Shown: piece after piece, positions 26,346 through 39,749 of the stretch
Position numbering within the stretch: the first letter of the stretch is position 1
How the letters are laid out: the number at the start of each line of letters is the position of its first letter
Assembly: GCA_965153355.1 (NCBI GenBank)
Contig: OZ231126.1
Location: 8,618,001-8,682,000 of the forward strand
DNA length: 64,000 nucleotides
Reading direction: 5' to 3'
From: Flaccisagitta enflata
Taxonomy: Eukaryota
The notes under the pieces: model-generated
The model's database searches: none
What the model was told of the DNA's origin: nothing
What the model saw: the letters and a program-made list of their open reading frames with translations, nothing else
Position numbers and translations under genes: made by a program

Positions 26346-27169
26346 TATTATAGGTAATTATGGGTAATCATACATTATTATAGGTAATTATTGGTCCATA
26401 TGTAATTATAGGTAATCATAGGTCTTTATAGGTACTTATAGGTCTTTATTTAATTATGGGTAATTATAGGTAATTATAGGCAATTATAGGTCAATAGGTA
26501 GTTATAGTCATTATCGTCATTACAGGAAATAACGTTCTTAAACAATTAAGCGATTACGTAATGAAGTAAGTCTCGCACGCGACTTATAGGTGTTGGCCTT
26601 GTTTCCTAGATAGTAACTTGAGCAACTTATTGTTGCATACATTATTTTGTTTTTGAGCAGTCTGTTGGATCGAAGCCAGTGGTATGATATATATACCTAT
26701 AGTGTTTTGTCCACTATCTGAGTACTACCTTTACAGAGACAATATTTTTTCATTTAAATATGATTCAAACATGAATTATTAAAACATTAATCATGAAGGT
26801 AAGAGGGAAAAATTGGTGAGATTCAGAGACAATTAGGGGAAAAAAGAATAAGGAATTGAAGGAAGGAGAAATGGAAGATGATAAAAGAAAGGAAATAGTA
26901 GGAAGAAAAATGGGAAAAAAATAAAAGGAAGAAAAACGGGAAAAAGATAAAAGGAAGAAAAATGGGGAAAAAATGAAAGGAAGAAAATTAGGAGAAAATG
27001 AATGGATGAAAAATGGAAGAAAAAAGACAACGAAATTGCCCTAATGTGAGAAAGAATGTTGAAGTTTGGACGGGGCCAAGAATGAGTTTGGGACGCAATT
27101 TTGACGAATGGAGGTTCACTCAGTCTCAGAATGGAGGAAATATGTCCTCTCTCTACGCCTTCCCTCATC

Positions 27170-27915
<746 letters not shown>

Positions 27916-28256
27916 CTGTTCTATTCTCTTCTGCTTTGTTCTGTTTTTCCTTCTAGGATAGAAAGAGAGACTAATGGCAGGTAAAAGTAATGAATCAGTA
28001 GTTGGTCAGAGACTCTCTGATGTCACTGTTCTCTCCGGTCAACTCTAATTAAGGTTCACCGGTTTATCATCTTTTCTACTTATTCCTTTTTCCAGGGGAT
28101 CGTGGGTCAGGGGTGGTTGGATGGAGGGTAAGAAGACATTTGGATGGAGGGTAAGAAGACGTGTTGGGGGGGGGTCTTGGATTGGGATGGTTTGGTGTTA
28201 TGGTTATGGGGTGATGTCTTCTTAGGCCCACTGAAGGTATCATTACATATTTGCAA

Positions 28257-28370
28257 AGAAAAACAAAACAAAAAAACAAAAACAAAACAAAACACAAAAC
28301 AAAACAAAACAAAACAAAACAAAACAAAACAAAACAAAACAAAACAAAACAAAACAAAACAAAACAAAAC
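28257..28370. repeat. (AAAAC)n microsatellite
   Basis: Direct reading. Confidence 0.95.
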
Positions 28371-28423
28371 AGTCATTTGGGAGGTAACCATATACACGAC
28401 AGATAACAGATGACAGATATGTA

Positions 28424-29189
28424 CAGTATGATTTTTCTGAACTGTAACATAAGATGATAACATAACACAAAAGATAGAAGAGCTAGCTATAATCTGAAAA
28501 AAACACTTGGAAGATATGAGTTTGCAGATTTTTGATGGTAAATCCCAAAGACTTTTTCTGTTATTTTGATCTGATTAACGCATGTGAATAGAAGAGCAGA
28601 TTCTGCCAAAAAAGGCTGTTTTGTTGTGATTGTCTTTCTGTAAATTGCTCCTATTTCTGAACGGTTTGAGCTACGGATCCCAGATTGGTCTCAAATGAAA
28701 GATGTTTTGATGTAGTTTTAGGAGAAAAACAAAGACAGCGATATTTTCAAAGAGTTATCCCGCCAAACATAAACAATTTTGTTGTTTCAGGAAAAATTGC
28801 TTGCAGAATTGACTTTCAGTTAACCAAATGCATTCAAAACTAAAAAAAAGTCTGTCTGTTGAGTTTTTCCCAAAAAGGACTTCAAAATAGCTTTCATTTG
28901 GGACCAATCTGGCATCTGTAGCTCAAACCGTTTTGAAATAAGAGCAATTTAAAGAGAAATAATTCAGCCAATATTTTATCAATCTTTTCCATTTTTCCAC
29001 ATTTCTAAATTTCAATCCCAATTAACAAAGTAAGATAGTTATCAATTTTCTTTCAAAAAAACCCTTAGAATCTCTTAGCAAATAACTGCAAACTCTCATC
29101 TTCTAAGAGTTTTTTTCAGAATTTGGCTAGCTCTTCTAGTTTTTGCATAATGTTCTCAAATTATGTTACATTTGAAACAAATCATACTG
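28424..29189. mobile_element. TA-flanked foldback-like MITE (Tc1/pogo type)
   Basis: TA|CAGTATGATTT...TAGAAGAGCTAGC...GAGTTTGCAG mirrored by CTGCAAACTC...GCTAGCTCTTCTA...AAATCATACTG|TA. Confidence 0.8.
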
Positions 29190-29342
29190 TATTAAGGAAC
29201 GGGGGGACCAAATCAGCGACTGAAAATGGACAATGATGGCATGGAATGGTTCTTCGACTGCCACAGGTAATGAGAAAGATGCAAAGGAATTGTCAGGTCC
29301 AACGCCCGGAGGGGGGAGATATAATTGGAACTGTTCAGCCTT

Positions 29343-29403
<61 letters not shown>

Positions 29404-29406
29404 GAA

Positions 29407-29608
29407 AAAAACAAGGCCGGATACACGGCTACCGAAGTCGCGTGCGGGTGGACAGGGGCCATTTTTAAGGTCACCAGACCATTTGGGCAAGAGCAGTGCG
29501 GTCAAAGAAATAAAATCATAAAAAAAAGTAAAGTGTGACAGACCAACCAACCAACCGACCGACCAACGGACAAAGCGGGTTGTAGAGTCGCGTGCACGCG
29601 ACTAAAAA
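29407..29608 (-). mobile_element. HINE family A
   Basis: AACAAGGCCGGATACACGGCTACCGAAGTCGCGTGC ... AGTCGCGTGCACGCGACTAAAAA. Confidence 0.85.
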
Positions 29609-29908
29609 GAGAGAATAGCAATGAGATTAATAGAAACCAAGGCGGTTGGACTGACAGACAGAAAGACAAGTTTTCTAGCGCCAATGAAAAAGACAGTGAA
29701 CGAGTGAAGAGGAAAGGCAGGATAGGACAGTTAGCTTCATCCTCAAAGCGAAAGTAAGTATTCTGGCTGTAGAATGCAAAATCAAGAATGACATCTCAAA
29801 ACAACCGACGCAAACACAAAACAAAAACGCATCTTATAAAGAAAACAGTTGATTGAAATGGAAATAGCCAATTGCAATGAGTAAAAGAATGTTCAATGGA
29901 AAACAATG

Positions 29909-30188
29909 GAACAAGGCCAACACCTTACAGTCGCGTGCGGTGGTTAAGACCAAAAGACTAAAAGACTAAAAGACTAAAAGACTAAAAGACTAAAAGACTA
30001 AAAGACTAAAAGACAAAGATTAAAAGACTAAAAGACTAAATGTAAATTGACTTAAAATAACTTTAAATAACATAAAATGACTTGAAATGACAAAGAAAAG
30101 CTAAGCGTGATGGACAGACCGACCGACGGACGGACAGACGGAGAGACGGACAGAGCGGGTCATAGAGTCGCTTGCACGCGACTAAAAA
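29909..30188 (-). mobile_element. HINE family A2 with internal (AAAGACTA)n
   Basis: AACAAGGCCAACACCTTACAGTCGCGTGC ... AGTCGCTTGCACGCGACTAAAAA. Confidence 0.8.
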
Positions 30189-30511
30189 GAGCCAATCAAT
30201 CTCTTGTCGCGGAAGCCACACAAAGTCACAGACATCCACAAAGTCAAAGACACACACATACACGTACACAACGCAAAGGGTGCACGTGCAGAGAGGCACA
30301 AAAAATAACCATTACAAAAGAACACGAGAGCACACGAACACAAACAGACAAGCACACAAGCACATAAGCACAAATACAGAGAAAGCTTTCGATTTTCATG
30401 TCATAACGTCATATCATCTTACCAGACTTTCCAAAATGAATCAAACGGAAGATTCATGGGAAATCAGAAAAAAAATAAAAGATTGGATTTGGTCTTGATT
30501 ATCTGAGCTGA

Positions 30512-32298
30512 GGGCGTGTTTCTACTTATTCGCATGTCTCTATCTTTGTCTCATTTCCCTTTATCTTTCATGTCTCTATCTCTATCTCATCAAGGGCGTG
30601 TTGCCACTATAGTGTACTAATTTGTATGTCTATCTTTGTCTCTTTTTCCTCTATTTTTCGTGTCTCTATCTCTATCTCATCAAGGGTATGTTGCCACTGT
30701 AGTGTACTAATTTGAATGTCTATCTTTGTCTCATTTTCCTCTATTTTTCATGTCTCTATCTCTATCTCACCAAGGGCGTGTTTTCACTAATTCCTTTGTC
30801 TCTATCTTTGTCTCATTTCCCTTTATCTTTCATGTCTCTATCTCTATCTCATCAAGGGCGTGTTGCCACTATAGTGTACTAATTTGTATGTCTATCTTTG
30901 TCTCATTTCCCTTTATCTTTCATGTCTCTATCTCTATCTCATCAAGGGCGTGTTGCCACTATAGTGTACTAATTTGTATGTCTATCTTTGTCTCATTTCC
31001 CTTTATCTTTCATGTCTCTATCTCTATCTCATCAAGGGCGTGTTGCCACTATAGTGTACTAATTTGTATGTGTTTCTTTGTCTCATTTCCCTTTATCTTT
31101 CATGTCTCTATCTCTATCTCATCAAGGGCGTGTTGCCACTATAGTGTACTAATTTGTAAGTCTATCTTTGTCTCTTTTTCCTCTATTTTTCATGTCTCTA
31201 TCTCTATCTCATCAAGGGCGTGTTTCTACTTATTCGCATGTCTCTATCTTTGTCTCATTTCCCTTTATCTTTCATGTCTCTATCTCTATCTCATCAAGGG
31301 CGTGTTGCCACTATAGTGTACTAATTTGTAAGTCTATCTTTGTCTCTTTTTCCTCTATTTTTCATGTCTCTATCTCTATCTCATCAAGGGTGTGTTGCCA
31401 CTGTAGTGTACTAATTTGAATGTCTATCTTTGTCTCATTTTCCTCTATTTTTCATGTCTCTATCTCTATCTCACCAAGGGCGTGTTTTCACTAATTCCTT
31501 TGTCTCTATCTTTGTCTCATTTCCCTTTATCTTTCATGTCTCTATCTCTATCTCATCAAGGGCGTGTTGCCACTATAGTGTACTAATTTGTATGTCTATC
31601 TTTGTCTCTTTTTCCTCTATTTTTCATGTCTCTATCTCTATCTCATCAAGGGCGTGTTGCCACTATAGTGTACTAATTTGTATGTCTATCTTTGTCTCTT
31701 TTTCCTCTATTTTTCATGTCTCTATCTCTATCTCACCAAGGGCGTGTTTTCACTAATTCCTTTGTCTCTATCTTTGTCTCATTTCTTTTTATCTTTCATG
31801 TCTCTATCTCTATCTCTATCTCATCAAGGGCGTGTTGCCACTGTAGTGTACTAATTTGTATGTCTATCTTTGTCTCTTTTTCCTCTATTTTTCATGTCTC
31901 TATCTCCATCTCATCAAGGGCGTGTTGCCACTATAGTGTACTAATTTGTATGTCTATCTTTGTCTCTTTTTCCTCTATTTTTCATGTCTCTATCTCTATC
32001 TCACCAAGGGCGTGTTTTCACTAATTCCTTTGTCTCTATCTTTGTCTCATTTCTTTTTATCTTTCATCTCTCTATCTCTATCTCATCAAGGGTGTGTTGC
32101 CACTGTAGTGTACTAATTTGTAAGTCTATCTTTGTCTCATTTTCCTCTATTTTTCATGTCCCTATCTCTATCTCACCAAGGGCGTGTTGCCACTGTAGTG
32201 TACTAATTTGTAAGTCTATCTTTGTCTCATTTCCTCTATTTTTCATGTGTCTATCTCTATCTCACCAAGGGCGTGTTTTCAGTAATTCCTTTGTCTCC
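30512..32298. repeat. 82/90-bp tandem satellite, about 20 units with higher-order structure; resumes at 34071-34200
   Basis: CAAGGGCGTG recurs at 30771, 30853, 30943, 31033 and onward; variant units repeat at 704-bp and about 268-bp offsets. Confidence 0.95.
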
Positions 32299-33058
32299 AT
32301 CTTTTTGGATGCAAACGTCAATGGTTCTGCACATGCTGGAAATCTCATGAAGGTGTGTGCGGGAAGACTGGCATTTTTGTATCGTCAGTCTTTTCTTTTA
32401 GACAGAAAGAGTCGACAGACTTTATGCTCGGCGCTCTTACAACCTTATATCGACTACTGCTGCAGTTCATGGTACAGTGGATTAACAGTGGCTTTGAAAG
32501 AACGATCAAATGTCATTCAAAGAAAGATGGTTCGTTATATTTACGGATTAGACAACCGGGCACATGTTGATTTTAAGGATCTACGAGATCTTTCATGGTT
32601 GAGTATTACTGATCGTGTAAGATTTTTCAGGATTCGCCACAAGTTGGCCCCTAGTTACTTACTTCCTAATTTCAGATCAGTCTCAAAAGCGCACTCTCAT
32701 AACACCCGTGGCAGTGGTTTTAACTTTGTTTTATCTCGCGAGTTGTCACTGTCTCCTGCCTCATTCGCTTTTCTTGTTATAAAGCAATGGAATGAGTTGC
32801 CCAACAGTTTGAAGTGTATTACTAAGTATCAAGTTTTTAAGCGTAAGCTTAAAGAGTTTTTCATTTCTCAGTATGACTGGTTATTTACTGCTTTACGGGA
32901 TGGATTTTATATTGTTTATGACTACGGAACTGTCTTTACGAATTGATTTTCAACTCTCAATTTTTCATTTTTATTTCTACCAAGGAACTCTTTGGAAAAA
33001 AGTCATTTATCGACTTCCATGAGCTACCCTCCGAAACAAGCTGCTACATTTCCTTGTA

Positions 33059-33984
33059 CCCTGTCTTCAAAAGCAACTGTTACCAGCAAAAGATGTATTG
33101 TGTGAAAACTATTCATATTTCAAAATTCGGATTTTTTCTATCTGAAAGCATATTTACTGCTGTTTTTTCATGCAAAATTTCAGCACTTTTTGTCAAGTGG
33201 TTTAGGTTCTACATCATTTTTAAGTGAAACACCATTTGAAGCATTTCAGCTTTTCATTTCAGACATGAATGGAGGTGTCTCACTTCAAACCTCTGTAACT
33301 TTTAAACGCTTTGAGCTAGGATGCTAGAATTGGTCTCAAATTGAAGATTTTCTGAAGGAGATTATATTAGGTTTAAGAAAAAAAGCATATTTTGCCGTAT
33401 TCATAACATTTTTGTGTAGTTTTTCACTTTTTTTCATGTTCCATCAACACTCCATGTAAGAATTTCATCTTTTTTGATTAGAATATCTTATGATTATGCA
33501 CATAAAGAAAAAAATTATATTCATAATGAAAATAAGCTAGATTGGGATAAGTTTTGATATTCTAAATCAATCTTTTGGCTATTTTTATATAGTTATTGAG
33601 GCCTAACTCTTTTATTCTGTATAAGAATTGCTAGATTTTAGGAAAATTTGGGTATATTACGAAATGATGTAGAGGCTAAACCAGTTGAAAAAAAGTGCTG
33701 AAATTTTGCATGAAAAAACCGCAGTAAATATGCTTTCAGATAAAAAACAAGCCCGATCGGGCAACTAGATGCGTCATCTGCGTGATATTAGAAGAGGTGT
33801 AACGGACCGACGGACGGACGGACGGACGGACGGACGGACGGACGGACGGACAGACGGACGGACGGATGGACGGACAGAACCTCTTCTAGAGATGCGATGA
33901 CGCATCTAAAAACCTAATTTTTAGATATGAATCGTTTTCACACAATACATCTTTTGCTGGTAAAAGTTGCTTTTGAAGACATGG
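33059..33984. mobile_element. TA-flanked Tc1/mariner-type MITE with about 165-bp TIRs
   Basis: TA|CCCTGTCTTCAAAAGCAACTGTTACCAGCAAAAGATGTATTGTGTGAAAAC ... GTTTTCACACAATACATCTTTTGCTGGTAAAAGTTGCTTTTGAAGACATGG|TA. Confidence 0.9.
33747..33912 (-). mobile_element. Mini-HINE (family D) inserted in the right TIR of the MITE
   Basis: ACAAGCCCGATCGGGCAACTAGATGCGTCATC...(GGAC)n...GATGCGATGACGCATCTAAAAA; it splits an A-run that is uninterrupted in the left TIR. Confidence 0.85.
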
Positions 33985-34182
33985 TATATGTATTTTTGGT
34001 TTGTTTTTGAAATCAGATTCATTCATTCATTCATTCATTCATTCATTAATTCATTCATTCATTCATTCATATTTCTCATGTCTCTATCTCTATCTCACCA
34101 AGGGCGTGTTTCCACTAATTCCTTTGTCTCTATCTTTGTATCATTTACCTTAATTTTTCATGTCTCTATCTCTATCTCATCA

Positions 34183-34403
34183 AGGGCATGTTCCTACTAA
34201 TTTGTACGTATTTGCTTTCTCGCCAGAAGTGAGTTCGCGGGCCGTTGATAGAAGTGAGCGAGTGGAGGCAGCGGAACCCTTCAGAGCGCTGTGGAGTGCT
34301 GCGGAGTGAGTGAGCAGAGTAATGAGTGGAGCGAGCAAATGAGTGGAGCATGTGATCTCTAACCAGTTTTGAAACGCGATTGTCCATGCGCAGAAACGCA
34401 CCC
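34183..34403 (-). mobile_element. Body and far TIR of a diverged family B Harbinger-type MITE
   Basis: GAGTGAGCGAG-rich body, TTTTGAAACGCGATTGTC and AGAAACGCACCC|TAA, i.e. the reverse complement of the family B start. Confidence 0.65.
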
Positions 34404-34619
34404 TAAAGGTATTCTAACAGAGGTGAAGAAAAAAAGAAGAAGAAGAAGAAGAAAAAGAAAAATGGAAAAGTAACGAAAAAAGAAAGGAAATGGAAAAATA
34501 GGGAAGAACAAACGCGGAAAGAGAAAGTGAGAAATTGAGTCGTCCGACAGGAAAAGGAAAAAAAAAAGGAATCTAAAAATAGGGTAGAAACTGTGAATCC
34601 GTGTGGAAGGGAAAAGCAT

Positions 34620-35090
34620 CATTCACGCTGCTGTCACAATGATGTCATGGTTATGTCAATAGAGTATGTGATATCTTGTCCTTACGTCATCATGGCTTCA
34701 TGTCGTCATGGCATCACGCTTTCATAGCAACATGCACATGTCCATGTGTCTTCTTTGCATCATTTTATCATGGTATCAGGGCATCATGGCATCATTGCAT
34801 CTTGGCTTCATGGCATTACAGCATCATGTCATTATGTCATCATGGCATGATGTCATCGTGGCATCATAGTCTCATGCCATCATACCATCTGGTCATCTTG
34901 TCATCATGGCATCATGGCATCATTGCGGCATGTCATCATGGCATAATGTCATTGTGGCATCATGGCATCATGCCATCATAGCCTCATGCCATCATACCAT
35001 CTGGTCATCTTGTCATCATGGCATCATTTCGGCATGTCATCAGGGGCCATGGCAAAAAAACCATTCAACAGTCTGGCATCACTCATTATC
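34620..35090. repeat. Degenerate CATCATGG-type tandem repeat
   Basis: Recurrent GGCATCAT/TGTCATCAT, with a longer internal duplication (about 34860 versus 34970). Confidence 0.75.
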
Positions 35091-35092
35091 TA

Positions 35093-35859
35093 CAGGGTGT
35101 TTCACATCAAACAGGACAAGAGAAAACGATGTATTTTTGCTTCTAGAAATGCAAAATCATATCTGAAAACTGTTTCTAAAAGATAACTTCAGACGATTTT
35201 TGAATGATACAGACTTTTACTAGTCATGGTTAACACATACCCTCAGCAAAACCATGAAAAAATGCCTTTTTTTAGCAAAAAATACTAATTTCTATCCCAA
35301 TTCAAGGTTTTTCCCTAGATTTTCCATGCTATATACAGATATAGATGACAAAAAATGGTCATAAATGTTTGTCAGTTAAGCTAGGACACTGAAGATTGGG
35401 ATTCCCTTATGACCTTTGTGAAAATTGTATCATTCAATATAGTTATTGACTTTTTTGTCAATGCACATGAACTTTTTTCTTGATGAAACTTATAAAAAAG
35501 CCTCTGGACCCAACCATTACTGTACAATTTGCTCATTTTTTGCACAGGTATGATTCTACCTCACAATATCTTTAATTCAAAACCATTGCCAGGATTGTAG
35601 CACTATTTGTTTGGAAATAAGAGTGGGATAAAAGGATGCTTGTCAATGCACAACAAAACAAGCAAAAACTCAAAGTAAAAACTATACTTTGCTTTAAACA
35701 ATACAGAGGGATTCAGTTTTCCTTATGAGGCTTTGGCAAAATACAGATATAAAAATCGTTTTTTAAGAGCTTTCTGAGCCTGTTTACAGAATCATTCTAC
35801 CATTTCTAGAAGCAAAGGTACATCGTTTTCTTTGGTCCTGTTTGGCGTGGTACTCCCTG
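35093..35859. mobile_element. TA-flanked mariner-type MITE
   Basis: TA|CAGGGTGTTTCACATCAAACAGGAC...AGAAAACGATGTA...GCTTCTAGAAATG mirrored by CATTTCTAGAAGC...TACATCGTTTTCT...GTCCTGTTTG...CCCTG|TA. Confidence 0.8.
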
Positions 35860-36023
35860 TAATATGCGTACTTTGCAATGAATCTGCGCCTGAGTCTGAG
35901 GCACACTTGTTTACTCCTAAACCCATTGTAACTTCTCATTTTGTGGACTGGCGTTCACACGCAAAACAGTATTTGTTTACCTTATAAAATGATCAGAGTG
36001 CACGCGTACATTCTCAAGTGAAG

Positions 36024-36935
<912 letters not shown>

Positions 36936-37123
36936 AGTTTGCTGTTGTGTTATGGTGCCGTAAATAGTGTTTTTAATCAGCTTCAGTTTAGTGCCAGACC
37001 TTTTTTTCTCTTTTCCAAGTTATTCAATTTTTTAACGTTTTCATCTTAACTTTTTTTTCGTTGTAGTTGTAGTTTTGGTTTTACTTTTGTTTAGTTGATA
37101 CTTTCTTTTCTTTTTTCTATTTC

Positions 37124-37506
37124 CTTTTTGGGCAGCAACCCCAAAGGGCCGATGTCCTGTAGGACAGGGGTGAATTCGCAAATACGTCGAGTTCGCGTAA
37201 AATCAGTTTGTCGTCTTCCGTCAGATCTAAGTCTTTCGTCCCGATGTCCATCCGTCCGTCCGTCCGTCCGTCGTCCGTCCGTCGATCCGCAAATCGATCC
37301 GTCCATCCGTCCCCCCCCACCAAAGCCTCTGAGCGTCATGTTCCCATTGAATAACATGGAAAATTGAAGAAATTAAGTTAAGAATATGGGAAATCCCTAT
37401 TTAATAACATGGAAGATTGACAAAATTTTGAAATAAATGCAAAATTCAGATTCAATAGCATTGAATTGACAATGAAATGGAAAAGAATTCAATGTTCTCA
37501 TTGAAT

Positions 37507-37510
<4 letters not shown>
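37124..37510 (+). mobile_element. Family C element, 5' portion
   Basis: TTTTTGGGCAGCAACCCCAAAGGGCCGATGTCCTGTAGGACAGGGG, GTCC repeats and ATTGAATAACATGGAA repeats. Confidence 0.65.
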
Positions 37511-37561
<51 letters not shown>

Positions 37562-37629
37562 ACCGATGCTTCTTGCCCATAACTACCCATGAGCGGTGTT
37601 CCTACTTAGGTTCAATAGAGAGAACAACG

Positions 37630-37744
37630 TTTTTAGATGCGTCATCGCATCGCTAAAAGAGGGTCCGTCCGTCCGTCCGTCCGTCCGTTACACCTCTTCT
37701 AATATCACGCAGATGACGCATCTAGTTGCCCGATCGGGCTTGTT
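37630..37744 (+). mobile_element. Mini-HINE (family D), about 115 bp
   Basis: TTTTTAGATGCGTCATCGCATC, (GTCC)n, GATGACGCATCTA subTIR, hairpin GCCCGATCGGGC, TTGTT end. Confidence 0.85.
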
Positions 37745-38210
37745 CTATTCAAACGCGAATATGTGGATTACCTCAAAGGATATTAGGCTATTCATGTTAA
37801 TGCAGTTAGACCCAGCAACCAGGGATGTTAATGGAGCAGCAAATCTTGTCCATTATAGGCGAATTTCTGTTATTACCAATGAAGGAAAAAAGTATATTAT
37901 GACATGAAGGACGTGATTTCATATCCGTTATAGGCGGGTTTCCATTGTTCTCAGTTCCGTTCAAAAAAGCTCACACCGTAACAACGGCATTTGGTGAATC
38001 TCGATCAAAAGGCACCATTCCAGCTTTTTATCTGCACGAGCTTCACAAAACGTAAAACGGCATCAAACATGACATGAGCTTTGAGGGTGCCTTTGTTTGG
38101 ATCGGGTGATCTCTGCCTTGACAAATGCCGAAATGTTACAATGGCAGCGAAGATGATGAGTTTTGGTCTGTTCTTGATGCTTGAATGCGCTTGGTGTAGT
38201 CGATGTGTAC

Positions 38211-38477
38211 AGGCTTGTTTCTAAATGTGACAACCGCATTTTGACTGGGCCAATGGGTCACTTTCTACGTTCGTTTGCTCGCACCGCTCACTCCGCTCAC
38301 TCACTCTGCAGCAGTCTGCTTTGCTACTCCCGGTTCACTCGCTTGCTCCGTTTGTGGGCTCACTCACTCTCTTCACTCACTCCCTCGCGGGACGGTTGAA
38401 ATTCATGAAAATGTGTTCACGCTGTAAACGCGTTTTACCAGAGAACTCGCGTTTGTTGTTGTCATTGGAAACACGCC
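38211..38477 (+). mobile_element. Harbinger-type MITE family B, diverged
   Basis: GACAACCGCATTTTGA...CGCACCGCTCACTCCGCTCACTC...GAAACACGCC. Confidence 0.7.
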
Positions 38478-39749
38478 AGTATACAAAAGAAACATAACAA
38501 CTGCGGGGAAAGTGATGAGTTTTTGGCTCAATTTTTTATCTTAGCAAGCGCCGGATTTTATGTTTGCCATCTTTTTTTTCGATTTCTTTTCATCATTTTT
38601 TTTCCCTTACATTTTGCATCGATTATTCCAGAAGCAAAAACTGAGCAGCAAAAAATGTGAACATTTTACATTTTATACAAAAAGAAAAGTAGCAGGAATG
38701 AATGTGGTTTCTTTTACATCGTCAATGGAGGGATATTCATGGTAATCCCGTTCGTCTTTCTGACTTCACCTTTTTCTTTTCATCGTCTGATTCGATTTCT
38801 TTGTCTACTTAAAGGTTTTTTTTTGCGTGCAATATGACTCTACACCCAGCTTTGTCGGTCTGTTGGTCCGTCCGTCGATCCATCAGTTCGTCATACTTTA
38901 CTTTTTGGGAGTTTTAGTGGTCTTTGGCCTCTTAAGCCATTTCAAGTCATTTAAAGTCATTGATAGTTATTGCAAGTCACTCTAAGTCATTCTTACCCAG
39001 TGTTGGTCTGTGACTCTCGCCCGCGCCCCATAGCTGCCTGCCCTGTTACTTTGGGTAGCCACGTAGCCCCATCAACCTTATTTTATGCTTTTCCTTCCAT
39101 CATTTCATCAGAAAGCTCTTTCCTTTCTTCTCGCCTTATCATTTCCCTCCGTTTATACACTTCTTCTTGTTTCTCTTCTTTTGTTATAACATGTTAATCT
39201 CCCCTTCCCTATTCCTTCCCTGTCCTTGTTCCACCTTCCCTGTCCTTCATCCTTCCATGTGTCTTTCTTCACACTGTCTCTGTCCTTCCTCCACCTTCTC
39301 TGCCTTATTCCCTGGAATCTCCACCTCTTTCTTCCTTCTCCCCTATCTTCCTCAACCTAACTTTCCTGTCCTTCTTCTCCCTTTCCATCCTCTTTTTATA
39401 TTTACTTGCCTTCTTTCCTTCTTTTTCCTCCTTCCTCCATCGCCTTTTTCTGTTCTGTTTGGGAAGAACATAAGCGTCAATCTAACAGAAATTCTATCAA
39501 ATCTATAACTGCATCGTTGGTGATCTTTATGCATTTTTTTATATCATCATTCATCACTTCTGTTTTCTTCTAAAACCGGCACAACCTTTATTTAATATTT
39601 ATTTCTTCTTCTTAACTAACTATTTCTTCTTCTTTATTCTTCTTAACAACTATTGTATTCTTCTTTCTTCCTTCACGTTTCTTTTTCTTGTCTTCTCCTT
39701 TTCTTCTTATAACTTTTCTTAATCCCCTCAACCTTATACACACACATGT

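Larger units (their letters stand above)
23642..26603 (+). mobile_element. HINE family A2 expanded to about 3 kb by internal 10-bp tandem repeats and two MITE insertions
   Basis: 5' TTTTTAGTCGCGTGCACGCGACT plus GTCC/GGTC repeats; 3' TCTCGCACGCGACTTATAGGTGTTGGCCTTGTT identical to the end of the compact copy at 61896-62119. Confidence 0.85.
22880..26722. mobile_element. Tc1/mariner-type non-autonomous element hosting nested insertions
   Basis: About 95-bp imperfect TIRs: TA|CAGTCAGCGGACAAAACATAATAGGTATATATATCATACC...GATCCAACA versus TGTTGGATC...GGTATGATATATATACCTATAGTGTTTTGTCCAC. Confidence 0.7.
32299..34070 (+). mobile_element. 5'-truncated non-LTR retrotransposon (L2/Crack/Daphne-like LINE): ORF2 C-terminus, 3' UTR and (ATTC)n tail, interrupted by a MITE
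   Basis: Translation from 32299: IFLDANVNGSAH...LLQPYIDYCCSSWY...IQRKMVRYI...LAPSYL...HSHNTR...QWNELP...FKRKLK, typical of the post-RT region of CR1/L2-group ORF2; (ATTC)n tail at 34017-34070. Confidence 0.85.

Noticed and set aside
30512..32298. CRISPR-like appearance of regularly spaced repeats (also 14761-15415 and 52004-52687)
   Set aside because: The intervening sequences are themselves repeated or microsatellite rather than unique spacers; no cas genes; eukaryotic context.
31960..32946. 328-aa ORF as a host gene or satellite-LINE fusion protein
   Set aside because: The N-terminal third is translated satellite with a non-ATG start, and the rest is a truncated LINE ORF2 lacking the RT core; the fusion is probably incidental.
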